From the NCBI GenBank assembly GCA_030248215.1, contig JASANG010002509.1, positions 62,001-126,000 of the forward strand: 64,000 nt of DNA. Direction: 5' to 3'. Below the pieces are notes generated by a model, which was given only the letters and a program-made list of their open reading frames with translations, had not been told where the DNA came from and did no database searches. Positions 24,675 to 37,299 of the stretch are shown one piece after another. The stretch's first letter is position 1. The number at the start of each line of letters is the position of its first letter. The DNA is from Enoplolaimus lenunculus (Eukaryota). The position numbers were made by a program, and so were the translations under genes.

Positions 24675-25226
24675 TGTAAGCTTGTGAGACATGCTTGTCC
24701 GTGCGTATTTGACACATGCATTGCACTATATAGTATGCTTTCCGGCAGCATACGGTCGACACATATAGTCGACGAAAAATGTTACTGGAGAAGCGGGCTA
24801 CATGGCGCAAGGGTAACAGCGTCTGCCTAGACACACAGAAAGTTGCCAGTTCGAAACGTCATCCGCTTTTCCAGCTGCTTAATGAAAAGGTTCGATGCCC
24901 GGTTCCACCTTGACTGACAACGGTGGCCACGCCGCGAGCGTAACGGCAGATTATCACGCTCTGAACACGGTATACAGTCGAAAATAGGATGGACGGTCAA
25001 GAGACGACCTTGGTGAAAATTGGGGCAATGTACATTGTACAGTATGCTTGCCGGTAGCATACGGTCGTCATATAGTCGACGATAGAAGCATTTGGGCAGG
25101 CGGGCTTCCTGGCGCAGTGGGAACAGTGTCTACCCGACACGCAGAAGAACGTTAGTTCGAAACCATCCGTAACCCGCTTTTTCAGCTGCTTAGTTAAAAA
25201 GTATGACGTTCCAGTTCTTACCTACT
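24675..25226 (+). mobile_element. TRIM-like non-autonomous LTR element: LTR (24675-24919), ~105-bp internal region, partial second LTR (25025-25226); each LTR contains a tRNA-like cassette
   Basis: TGTAAG...CTGACA termini shared with the copy at 52564-52818; A boxes (24803, 25110), B boxes GTTCGAAAC, T-tracts; PBS-like CGGTGGCCACG immediately after LTR1. Confidence 0.65.
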
Positions 25227-25958
25227 CACTAAAAAATATACTTAAAATTAAAAAAAAACTGTTGCCGAATTAAGTGTCGGGTTTGCTTATTATGATGCTT
25301 GTGGCAAAGGTTTACTTCATTTTAAGCAAACACAAAATTCTTAGTTTTACACTTATATACTTAATTAATCAGCAAATGACAGTAGAAGTTTTACTCATTT
25401 ACATATATTTAAGCAAAGATTTACTCAATATTTAGTACACTTATACTTGAAATAGTTAATAAAATATAACTAAAGTATTTTATGTACAATGTTTTTACAG
25501 AGTAGATAGTGTTTGAATAAATGTTTCTTTATTAATTATATATCATTTCAATCCATCTATAATTTTTATTATTAAAGTTGGAACGCCTCATTTAACCAAG
25601 AAACGCCCATTTTGCAATGAAATTTCTCGAGCAAATGAAAAAACTTCAGCATGGCGACGGCATTATGGTCTTTAATGAATATAGCTTAATTTGAAATTAC
25701 ACAGCCATATCAGGTAGCGTGTTCGTGTGCAATTTGAGCAAATTCATGATTTCAAACCGTAAATTCTATAAGAAACCAGTTTTGTTACGAAATTTCTTGA
25801 ATCGGTCACATTTAAGCATAAATGCACTTTGAGTTCGAATCAATATTGTCAATTTTAAATTACACAACCACAACTGTCTATGTAAGCGTGTAACACTTGT
25901 CAGCTTGACACTAATATTAAGTTGCTAACCAACTCTAAGCAATCTAGTTTTTATCATG

Positions 25959-26108
25959 GGTACTATTCCAAACTGCACGATGCCTACTAAGCCTAAACCT
26001 AACCATAAACCCTAAGCCTAAGGGTGGCATACTTTTTCACTATTTTAATGTCGTCGCCGTTCGGTGTCGTCCGACCGACGCTGTCCAATGCCGTGTGGCA
26101 AAAGTACC
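25959..26108. mobile_element. Short GG-terminal MITE with GCCTAA core
   Basis: GGTACTATTCC...GCAAAAGTACC termini, reminiscent of nematode PAL8C/Merlin ends; no clear TSD. Confidence 0.45.
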
Positions 26109-27161
26109 GCAACGCATGTGTATTTGCCGCATGGACCAGCATCCGTGTCACCATTAGCCTAATTGTGGACCTAAGCCTAAGGCTAATTTTAAACATAAGC
26201 ATTATAAGCTTTAAGCTTCCCAATCTTTAAGTCTCCTAGTCCTCCTGCATTCTCGGTGGCCAAGTTCTAATAATTAGCATTTTTCTACTTTTGCATGGTT
26301 AAAATGGGTCCTTTGAGACGGTTAGTGGTCAACTTTACAGCATAGAACTGATGTCCATTCTACGCTGAAGCCGTAGATTTTCGCCAGGCACATCAGCCGT
26401 ACCAATTTTAATTAATTCTCCAGAGATCAAAACAAAATTTCGACTAAAAAACCTTATAAAAGTTCATATCGATGATAGAAGCCCTATAGTATTGTGTAGG
26501 TAGTAACTGTTCGATCAGATAACTTTATGCTGTGAATTGGCAGTTCCGGCGGAAGCGGTTGCAAAACCCCCTCAATTCGGGTCCCCAAAGGATCGCATTT
26601 TAAGTAAGCTGATTAATTCTTGTTCTGGTTTTGATCAAAAGATTCTATTTGATTACAAGAAAAATTACATGCCAGCCAGATTGAAAATAAATGTTGATAA
26701 ATACTGAACCAGTACTGTTAAGCTATGTGGTTTGTCTAATAGACCGTTGCTGTTCTTTAATTAAATTCATATTAAGAAACAATGAAATGCATTAATTTTG
26801 TAGCCAAAATGCACATTACAACATAAACAGGGCTGTAGAATAAGTTCGATATGGATACTGGAGTTCAAAATATTTTCTTCGATTTGGCCAGTGTTTTACA
26901 CAGCTCTGTGGTATCCGAGACATGAGCGTGTAACCGGACATCCGTTTCCGGTGACAATCGGTGTCCTTATCTGTTATAGAAATACCGAAACTTCTGTTAT
27001 TTGTGTGCTCAAAATTAATTGTAAATCCCGTACGTATTACATTTTTTATTAGGTATGCTGCAATTGTTCGAAATGAAATCAAAAATTACGAAATTCATCC
27101 ATAAACTTAAGAAGTTTGGTGCACAGAGTGCGAAACTTTAAAACGTTTACAATATATATAT

Positions 27162-27512
27162 CAGGGCACAACCGGAGGTCTGCCTCCGGCTCCGGCAGGC
27201 ATTCTGCCTCCGGCTCCGGTAGCATTTTTGCCGGAATTTTCGGCAATTTCGGTAGTAAAATTTGCATAATTTTGCAAAATTTATCTTTTTATCGCGTTAC
27301 GTTTTGCTTTTGTAGCGATTTCCAAGAAAGGATTTCCGGAATTTTGCCGAAAATTAGCGTAAAACCAAACAACTTAACAACATATTACAGATATTGACTA
27401 TAATTAATTAACCATCATTTTTACTACTTAATTTCGCCTAACCTCTGGCTCCGGCAAGTTTCGTTGACCTCCGGCTCCGGCTCCGCTATTTTTCACCTCC
27501 GGTGGCACCCTG
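27162..27512. mobile_element. hAT-like MITE with CTCCGG subrepeats
   Basis: CAGGGCACAACCGGAGG...CCTCCGGTGGCACCCTG, TSD ATATATAT/ATATAAAT; partial copies near 1150-1226 and 10117-10317. Confidence 0.7.
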
Positions 27513-27855
27513 ATATAAATATCGTAGTCAGAAAGTGATTGATAGCAAAAGTTTAAGGTTTGATATGGAAATATAATTTAATTATAACTGTAAGAATAAC
27601 ATACGTCATCAGTAGTTTTTTCTATAATTGCAATTATATTCTGTGAGATTTTTCATAAGTTTCTGTGAATGACCAGTTCTTAACGAATATCTTCGGTAAT
27701 CAAATTTTACCTTTAATTACGGCTCTCAGGTATCTAAAATATTATACTAAATTGGACTTTTTATGTATTCAATTTTGAAGTTTGAATTGAAAGTAACGAA
27801 ACGATATATTCGAAGCTTGGCTCGTACCCAGAGCTGAACCAAATTGCTTAGCCTA

Positions 27856-29347
27856 TTAGAAAATTCAATCTGAAATCAGAAAATTCCATCTGAAATTAGA
27901 AAATTTCATCTGAAATTAGAAAATTTCATCTGAAATTAGAAAATTTCATCTGAAATTAGAAAATTTTATCGGAAATTAGAAAATTTCATCTGAAATTAGA
28001 AAATTTCATCTGAAATTAGAAAATTTCATCTGAAATTAGAAAATTTCATCTGAAATTAGAAAATTTCATCTGAAATTAGAAAACTTCATCCGAAATTAGA
28101 AAATTTCATCTGAAATTAGAAAATTTCATCTGAAATTAGAAAATTTCATCTGAAATTAGAAAATTTTATCGGAAATTAGAAAATTTCATCTGAAATTAGA
28201 AAATTTCATCTGAAATTAGAAAATTTCATCTGAAATTAGAAAATTTCATCTGAAATTAGAAAATTTCATCTGAAATTAGAAAATTTCATCTGAAATTAGA
28301 AATTAGAAAATTTCATCTGGAATTAGAAAATTTTATCGGAAATTAGAAAATTTCATCTGAAATTAGAAAATTTCATCTGAAATTAGAAAATTTTATCGGA
28401 AATTAGAAAATTTCATCTGAAATTAGAAAATTTCATCTGAAATTAGAAAATTTTATCGGAAATTAGAAAATTTCATCTGAAATTAGAAAATTTCATCCGA
28501 AATTAAAAATTTCATCTGAAATTAGAAAATTTCATCTGAAATTAGAAAATTTCATCTGAAATTAGAAAATTTCATCTGAAATTAGAAAATTTCATCTGAA
28601 ATTAGAAAATTTCATCTGAAATTAGAAAATTTCATCTGAAATTAGAAAATTTCATCTGAAATTAGAAAATTTCATCTGAAAAATTAGAAAATTTCATCTG
28701 AAATTAGAAAATTTCATCTGAAATTAGAAAAATTTCATCTGAAATTAGAAAAGTTTCATCTGAAATTAGTAAATTTCATCTGAAATTAGAAAATTTCATC
28801 TGAAATTAGAAAATTTCATCTGAAATTAGAAAATTTCATCTGAAATTAGAAAATTTCATCTGAAATTAGAAAAAATTTCATCTGAAAATTAGAAAATTTC
28901 ATCTGAAATTAGAAAATTTCATCTGAAATTAGAAAGTTTCATCTGAAATTAGAAAATTTCATCTGAAATTAGAAAATTTCATCTGAAATTAGAAAATTTC
29001 ATCTGAAATTAGAAAATTTCATCTGAAATTAGAAAATTTCATCTGAAATTAGAAAATTTCATCTGAAATTAGAAAATTTCATCTGAAATTAGAAAATTTC
29101 ATCTGAAATTAGAAAATTTCATCTGAAATTAGAAAATTTCATCTGAAATTAGAAAATTTCATCTGAAATTAGAAAATTTCATCTGAAATTAGAAAATTTC
29201 ATCTGAAATTAGAAAATTTCATCTGAAATTAGAAAGTTTCATCTGAAATTAGAAAATTTCATCTGAAATTAGAAAGTTTCATCTGAAATTAGAAAATTTC
29301 AACTGAAATTAGAAAATTTCATTTGAAATTAGAAAATTTCATCTGAA
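27856..29347. repeat. 20-bp satellite (TGAAATTAGAAAATTTCATC)n, ~74 units
   Basis: Direct reading; recurrent variant AAAATTTTATCGG. Confidence 0.97.
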
Positions 29348-30628
29348 AAAGTACTATTAGCATCGCTTGTAATTACAACAAAATCTTCGTAAACATACCT
29401 TATTTAAAAAGATTTTGACTCGTAACAAGGCTGTTTTTGAGCCTTCTTGTACTTAATTATTAATACAAATACATTTACGCAGCGTACATAAGTAAAAACA
29501 ATAATAATAATAATAATAATGTCAAATTAAAATGAAATTTTCGAAGTCGGCATCTTAAAATTTAAAAACAAAACAAGGGTGTATACAAGGTGAGAGATTG
29601 AGGACATATATTTCTTGCTGATATAAACCTGGAGTGACAGGAAAACACACAGGTGCAAAAAAAATTCCAATACTGTGAACAGGTTACAAATACTACTTTG
29701 TGAGACAGTGATGTCATACCCTTCCGAACCTAAAATCTGGCTACGATCATTTGAATAGCAACGGTATTTTGGTTTATTCTGAAACTTTAGTGTTGTTGAA
29801 ATTTGATTTTAAAATTAAGATCAAACCTACGCATACGAAGTGTAATTAACCGCTGTCGAGTATATTTTCGCTAGTTGGCCAAATTAGCATAAGAATACTG
29901 TTTATTTCGAACAATCATTCGCGTAGCCACAGCGGAGGACAGCGGAGTTTTACGTGTTCCCAATCCTAAAATATTTGCTCGGCGTGCCATTTTCTGTCGG
30001 GATCAGATGTTTTCATCGTGTTAACACCTCAGATGGTAACATCCGTATCGCTCGTGTCATTGAGTTCGATTTTTTGGACAAAATTTAAACTGGAAAGCAG
30101 GGTTGTTTTTTTCTGGAAAAAATTATGAGCGGAAAAAATGTTTTTTTTTCTTTTTCCGGAAAAATGGAAAAAATGGAAAAATTCATTCTTTGTCTGAGTG
30201 ATCGGTTATCTCACTCTTAGCGGGCGTTTGCCCCAAAATGCTTGGATTTTGAACCTTTTTACATATTTGAATTTCTGATAACATCCCTGTATCATTCGAC
30301 GCCAAAATCTGAATTTTTGAAAAATTCGATTCGTAAGGCCACAAGGCCAGCCCCTTGGGACCCAAAAACTATTTTTTCGAAAAGTTGGACAATTTATATA
30401 CTATTTGACGCAGTTTGCAAAGCGGAGACAAGCGGTGTTAAACTTTCTGTAGTCAGATGACTGCTGAACGACTTTTCCAAATACCTGATTTGGCGCGCTG
30501 CCAGCGATCACGGTTCGGCGCCAAATTTAGCTATATGACAACAACTCGTCGGCCAGGCGTTTGATTCGAGAACATTTAACAATATTTGTCCTAGGTCCAC
30601 AACCTGTGTAAATGGTATATAATTTGAT

Positions 30629-30827
30629 GGCCCATGTAAAGATCAGGACTGGAGCGTTTTTCTGGGGAACTAGAATAGAATAAGCTTAATGTTTAGACTA
30701 ATTTTTTGCCTGGCTTACGCTTAGGCTATGGCTTAGGAAATGCTCCTTATTACGCTTTGCCTTGTCTTCGGCTTAGGTTTAGGGATATGCTTATAACACT
30801 GTTCCACCCCTGTTTTTTGCATTGGCC
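30629..30827. mobile_element. TTAGGC-carrying MITE, subfamily B
   Basis: GGCCCATGTAAAGATCAGG...CATTGGCC, TSD AATTTGAT/AATTTGTC. Confidence 0.75.
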
Positions 30828-31822
30828 AATTTGTCTAATTTTTCTACAAAAAATTTGGATCCAATGGGGAAATTTGGAACCTTAAAAATTCGAATTTTCG
30901 TGGAGGTCATCAGAACATCAAAAACTCATGAGTGGAGTGAGCTACACAGGTCACATTTGTTTTTTTGTAAGTATACATTAAATTCCAAGACACTTTTGGG
31001 TTTTCGGACATGTGCTGCATGTAAATTAGTTACGTGTCATTTAAAAACGCTACTTTATATATAATATTTAGCTGCAAATTATATTAATGAATCGTTTAAT
31101 ATTTTTCGATTTTTTCCGGCAATTTTTTCCGGCCAACAACCCTGCTGGAAATAACTATTTTATTTATTGTTGTGAATTTTATTTAAAAACAAAACATTTG
31201 CTATTTGTTCTACTGTACCGAGAAAGCACCACGCTCACCCGCAGACGAGCGGGTCCGTCATCCTTGGCTACCCAACGACAGCCTACCAGATGGGACTTTA
31301 GGTTCCCGAGAACTCAGTGAAACAAAATGTTCCTAGGGGGGGGGGGCTAATTTTTCCCCTACGGGACGATAGTAAAAAACTGTTGCGATATAATGATACA
31401 AGAGGTGGTCTTCAGAATGAAGGTTTGGTTCACCTCGAGTTTCAAATATTAACGATTCGATTTGTATAACAATTTAAAATTGGCTCAAACATGCATGTAT
31501 TTTAACCACGAGCGCCGGCAAGTGGATCATCCTTTATGCAGAATGGACATTATATGACAGTGTGACAAGATTGCAATTATTATCATATATACTTACCTAT
31601 ATAAAAGGCATATAGTCAAGCCATATGCGAGCAGCAGCACCAATCTCTTGCACGTATCTGCAGACATCCATGTAATGCAGCAACAATAATTGCTGAAAAG
31701 CGAGAAATATTGTTGCAATGACATTTTTCGGGTGTATTTTTATTTTAAGCATTCAAGCATCAATTTTCATGGTCAGCGTTAATAAATAAATATTTTTTAA
31801 ATTTTAAACACAAATTTAAGCT

Positions 31823-32057
31823 ATGGGACTTGAACGTCCGTATCCGGTCGACGACTTTTATATGAAATACTGTCAGCGGACACAGCTTCATGCGAGAATA
31901 TTTAATAATGCAACGCCACGTATTGTGCATCCATCATTTTTAGACGCTCGACGATGGTGCAACGCAACGTGGGACACTGTACTGTGTTGGCCGGCAGTTC
32001 CGGCTGGCCAAAATTATACACTGCCTTGTCCGCCAATGAAAGGACTCGATCCGTCAA
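31823..32057 (+). CDS. pdfr-1: PDFR-like exon 1 (ectodomain, MGLERPY...WDTVLCWP...KGLDPS)
   Basis: Acceptor-like tttaag ends at 31820, ATG at 31823, donor a|gtaagt at 32058. Confidence 0.9.
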
Positions 32058-35000
32058 GTAAGTCGCCGCTGTTGTTTAAACTCCATTCACACGTGCAAGT
32101 TTTTTTTTTGTATCTCAGAAACTTACAGCTGCAACTCACACGTGCAAGGATTATTTTTAATTGAATTTCGAACAAATCTAATCAACATCAATTGTTAGGT
32201 TGAGGCTTCGTGTTGGGGCGTGGTAGCCAATCAAATCGAGGGATATGTGGAAGCGGCTGGTCCGGCCCTGTGTAAAACCACATCTGCCGAAGTAATAACT
32301 TGTTGAACGGTAAGTGGTCTGAATACTTTTAAACTTGCCGACGCTTCAGTTGAACTTGGTTCGTTCCGCCAAAAATACGTTTGTGTGACGTTTTAGAACG
32401 AGTTTCAAAACACTGTCACCGTAGTGGACTGTGGTTCGGAAGGAATGAAAGTGATTTTAGCTCACCAAACGGTTACACTGATTACAGTGTTTGTATGATT
32501 ATCGATTATACAGCGTTTGTGGTAAACAATACTTTCAAATCGAAATATTTATATCGTAGAATACTAAAAGGCCAAATATTTTGAGTTTGCATGGTGGTGA
32601 ACTGGGCAATGGCAAGCAGGATAAAACGTTTTTTGAAGCTGTCCTTTGTTGCGTCCTTGTCTGAGTCGCTTTTTGAGCCGAACGCAAATCAGCTTTTATG
32701 AAAATTTCAAAAAAAAATATTTTATTATTAAGTGAACCGTAAGGTGGCGCTGTATTCGTCGTGCGGCGCCATCCGTCACTGTCCGGCGCCGTTCGGTCAC
32801 CCGTACGGAACCTTCCGTCACGGGTGTTACCCGTACGGCGCCGTTCGTCATCTGTACGGCGCCGTTCGTCATCCGTACGGCGCCGTTCGTCATCCGTACG
32901 GCGCCGTTCGTCATCCGTACGGCGCCGTTCGTCATCCGTACGGCGCCGTTCGTCATCCGTACGGCGCCGTTCGTCATCCGTACGGCGCCGTTCCTCATCC
33001 GTACGGCGCACGGCGCCAGACGTCAACAAAAGTTCAACGCAATTCTAAATATTAGCTGACATTCCACTGTAAATAGTAAGCAGCGTCTGGTTGCATTATA
33101 CCTTAATTTCTGTTGCAGTCTTTAACCAAGGATGCAGCCAGGGGGAACTGAGGTCAACCCCCGTTACCTTTCGGATTTCTGCACATGGGGTTTTATAGAC
33201 ACGGTTTCCGATTGTAACATTAGACCTTGCGCTTGTGAAATTTTTATGCTTAGTATTCCTATAAGCGCAACCATAGCGTACCAGCGGGCGCGCTCCTTCT
33301 AGGTGACGCAAAATTTTTGCAGGTCTGCTAATCATACCAGTTAACATGTGTACAGCCTAATATTTGCAAAATGAATTACCTAAATTGCTAACGTTCATAC
33401 AATAAGTTTTTATAAGAAACTGAGTTATTTTTTGTCAAAATATGTTAAATTTAGACAAAATAACAAAAATTCTATCCAATGTCATGTACCAAAGTTCAAA
33501 TTTGCCAGATTTAAAGCAACGCTGACTATGAACCCAATCAAAGCTTTTACTAACACAGTCTACCTTAAACAATGCCGTATAATTTGAGCCAATCGACAAC
33601 ATTGTTGCGCTTGTTTTTTTCACTCATTTTACAACCAGGTGTTTTGCCCAAAATAGTTGAATTTGAACCATTTTGAGTATATTTCGTCTCTTCGACAACC
33701 CCCTAAGTTGTCAACCAGTCGTTGGATCGAATAAAATTTAGCACAATTCGACTCACTAAAATGTTTAAGTTTGAAACATAAAAATATTCAGGATCTGTAA
33801 ATGGATTTGGGACATTATTAATCACGGTTTGGGCTGAAGAATTGACGCGTTAGCATTTAATAACAATATTATTATTTCGTTAACCAATAGCTAATTTAGG
33901 AATTACTGTAGTGACCCGAAAAAGAGAGGGGGGCTGATATTTATTTGGCCTCTGCAGAGGACCCCCTGTTACGTTCCCGGTACGGCAATTATCCGTTGAA
34001 TTAAACATTTATTTGTCTTGTATCAAAAGCTTGAGCGATAATGCAATGTTATACTTAGGTATGTACTTTCAAAACTTAAGTATGCTTTAAAATTGTGAAC
34101 TCAACTATACTGGTGCCTGGAGTTATTTATTCACTACAATTAGGGTCAATTTACATTTATATACTCTAAGTAGCGTTAAGGGATTATATCCGCTTATGTA
34201 TAGGGATACGGACTCCAATCGATTGGTACTCAAGGTGGGGCCTCGTGTTATTCGGGTCACTATGTGGTGGCGTATTGAACTAACGAAACTAACGCTTTAA
34301 ATAACAGTGTCTACTGTTTGAATTTTAAACACAGAATAGAGCGAGAAATATTTGATAACCGAAGTTAAAAAATATGTCAATAAATCACGGGTCAAAATGT
34401 TGAACAAGTTTGTTGAGTCAAAATTAAGTAATGAGGCAAATATTTGACCCGGGCACCCAATATTTCAGTTTTACTCAATGAAAGTTTCGTATTTCTATTT
34501 TGTTTACATAAAAAAATATAGCGATTTCAAGTCTCCCCCAAGGTTCACCAGCGAATTCCATTCATCGGGTGTGGTAAGGTCGGAATACAGCGTCAAATAT
34601 CTTGGAACTAAATGGTGACGTATCAAACAATGCCGACCCACTTTTACGAACATCGTCCGCAGTGGCGGGCTCGAGCAGATATGACATTAAACGCTTCTTT
34701 AAGTCGTGGGTCAACTGAAGGTCACGAATCCATTACTCGGGTGTGTCCGGCTGGTCAAACTTCAACATTTTGGCTAACTTGCTGGCAAACTCAACAATTT
34801 GCCCTGAGTGCTACCGGCTGGTCAAAATTCAACATTTTCTTGACACTCAACCGGCTGGTCAAACTTCAACATTTTTTGCCACCGGCTGGCAAATTACTTT
34901 AGGCTCCTGGTCTGCTTGCATTGCCACATTTTGGCTTGAAACGGCCCCCGGCTGGTCAAACTTCAACATTTTGGCTTGAAACTGAAACCGGCTGGTCAAA

Positions 35001-37262
35001 CTTCAACATTTTGGCTTGAGACTGCTACCGGCTGGTCAAACTTCAACATTTTGGCTTGAGACTGCTACCGGCTATTCAAATCTTTTACGTCTTAATCTAG
35101 AAATACACTTTTAGTTTTGTCTTTTTTTAGAAAATGTAACTAAACAGTGTGACATATCTGGGTACTGGGCAATTAATCCGGCCGATCCAACGCATATTCT
35201 TGGCGATCCGAGTCGGCCTTACGGTTGGACAGAGTATCGGCCTTGTTTCAATACCGAGTGGCTGACGGTGATTGAAAAAATGAAAACAACACAAACCATG
35301 CAGGTAGTTTAGATCGGAGCTGACGTCGGCGGTTCAAGCAAAGTGAAAGGCATTGCGAAAGGTTCATGAACTGGACTTCAGATCGGCCGTATTTAAATTA
35401 AGATTAGGGTGGTGATTCGTTTTCAATTGAAATTTTTGAAATTTGAAATATTAGAAAAATCGTAATATTCGTCTGGTTAATTTTGTACACATTCTAATTA
35501 GTATATAACATTAATAAGGAATGGGAAACTTTTCATGTCGCCGTAAGCTTAAGCGTAATTAGTTTGAACGAATAAAAGGGTTTTATTCAATAACACTAAA
35601 AGTGGGCATACTTCAACAAGAGTATATTCTGTGTAGACAAGAATTCACTTGGCATACGTTGCGTTTTTGGCCTACGCCCCCATATTTAGAAAGTGGTACA
35701 AGCTGTAGATATATAACGGTTGTAAAACTAACCATAATCTAAATACGAGATTTAGCTTAATATGGTTGCATCACTGGTCAACTAATTTTCTGTCACTTAC
35801 GCTTTTGCTGTGTTTAGCTTTCGCTAATAATTACGGACGTAGCTGCGTTGTCGATTTTAGCGAGGGTAAGGCATCGCCTAAAATCAGTACCGCATGCAGA
35901 ATTCTGGAAAAATTTTCATTCGTAGTATGCCTAAAATAAATAGATTTATTTGTAATATTTTGCTATAATTTTCATTCGTAGTATACCTAAAATAGATTTA
36001 TTTGTAATATTTTACTATAAGCTCGTGCATGCAGTATACTGCATAATAATTTCAGCTTAACGCTTCATAATACGAGTTGCTTAAACTAATCTGGCTTGAA
36101 GAAGCTTGCATAGTATTAAATTGCTGTGATTTGTACCGCCGACAAAATGATTTTGTATTTGTTTGCACAACAAAAGCCGTATTCACACGTGCAAGTTTTT
36201 GCCGCCAAATTTTGCACGTGCAACTTGTACGCGCAAGTTTGGTCAAAAAGCAGTGTTGAAGTTCTTACAGCTGCAAAGTATTCACTAATCCAGCAAACAG
36301 GCGGAGAGGGTTGCCCAATGAAAATGTTTCACAGCTTGTATAACTTCGTGGTAGGCGAAAAATTTTTTGTTGGCTTGCTATCAATTCGAGACATATCGTC
36401 GCCTTTGGTGCGAGGCCAGGGGCCCGGGAGCTTGTTTGGTTAATACGAATGTTCCTTCGAAAATATTTGCTGCTGCAAGTATTTCGGTCAAGTTGCAGCT
36501 GCGTCTTCTCGCTGCAAAATCTTGCACGTGTGAACGGGGCTTCAGATGCGTTTGGGGGTCCAGCTCTTGTGTATATATTCCGGCGTTCGAGCTGAATTCA
36601 GTTTTGCTACGCGATATAGCAAAATATTTAATTTAAGCGTTTGTCGACAAGGTTTAGTTGGTCAAAACGTTAAATTATAGTTTTCATGAAATGAATTTTT
36701 TCAACTACATCAAACAGAGGTGTAAACAATAATAATTTAGTTGTATTTGCAATAGGGCAGGCTACATTTGTGTTGATTATAAAATATTAATTTAGTGTCC
36801 AGGGCCGGAGCAGCCACCCTCATACTTTCATTTTTAGGGCCGTAAATAAGGGCTCCGCGCTAACAGATAAAAAAATTTGAAAATATTCCGATCATCGCAA
36901 GGGGACTCAACTTCGAAACCTTAGGAGCCCCATCCTGAAATCCCAGGAGGATGCCGTCCTGGCCTGCTCCGGCACCGCCAGTGTCCCATATATTCAGCGA
37001 CCGATCAGGTCCAACATTACACACAGTTAAAAACGTTCGAACTCCTATTCATCAATAGAACGATTGTCGTTCGCGTGCATCGGCAACTCGTTGTTTTCGA
37101 CTTGCACGAAAAGCGAACGAACGCTTTTACCTGTTATTTTTTGTTTCAGAAAGCTCAAGAAATTGCTCGAATTGCGCGTTATGTTGAATTTTTTGGCCTT
37201 TCGTTATCATTCCTATCGTTGGTGATATCATTGGTTATATTTTGTTGCATTGGGTAAGCGAA

Positions 37263-37299
<37 letters not shown>

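Noticed and set aside
27856..29347. CRISPR-like array
   Set aside because: Contiguous tandem units with no unique spacers, no cas genes, eukaryotic context
32535..33055. ORFs with TDDERRR / VRRRSSS / AVRHPYG repeats
   Set aside because: 21-bp minisatellite that is open in several frames on both strands
34746..35080. Repeat-spacer pattern resembling CRISPR
   Set aside because: The intervening segments are related to each other; a degenerate minisatellite
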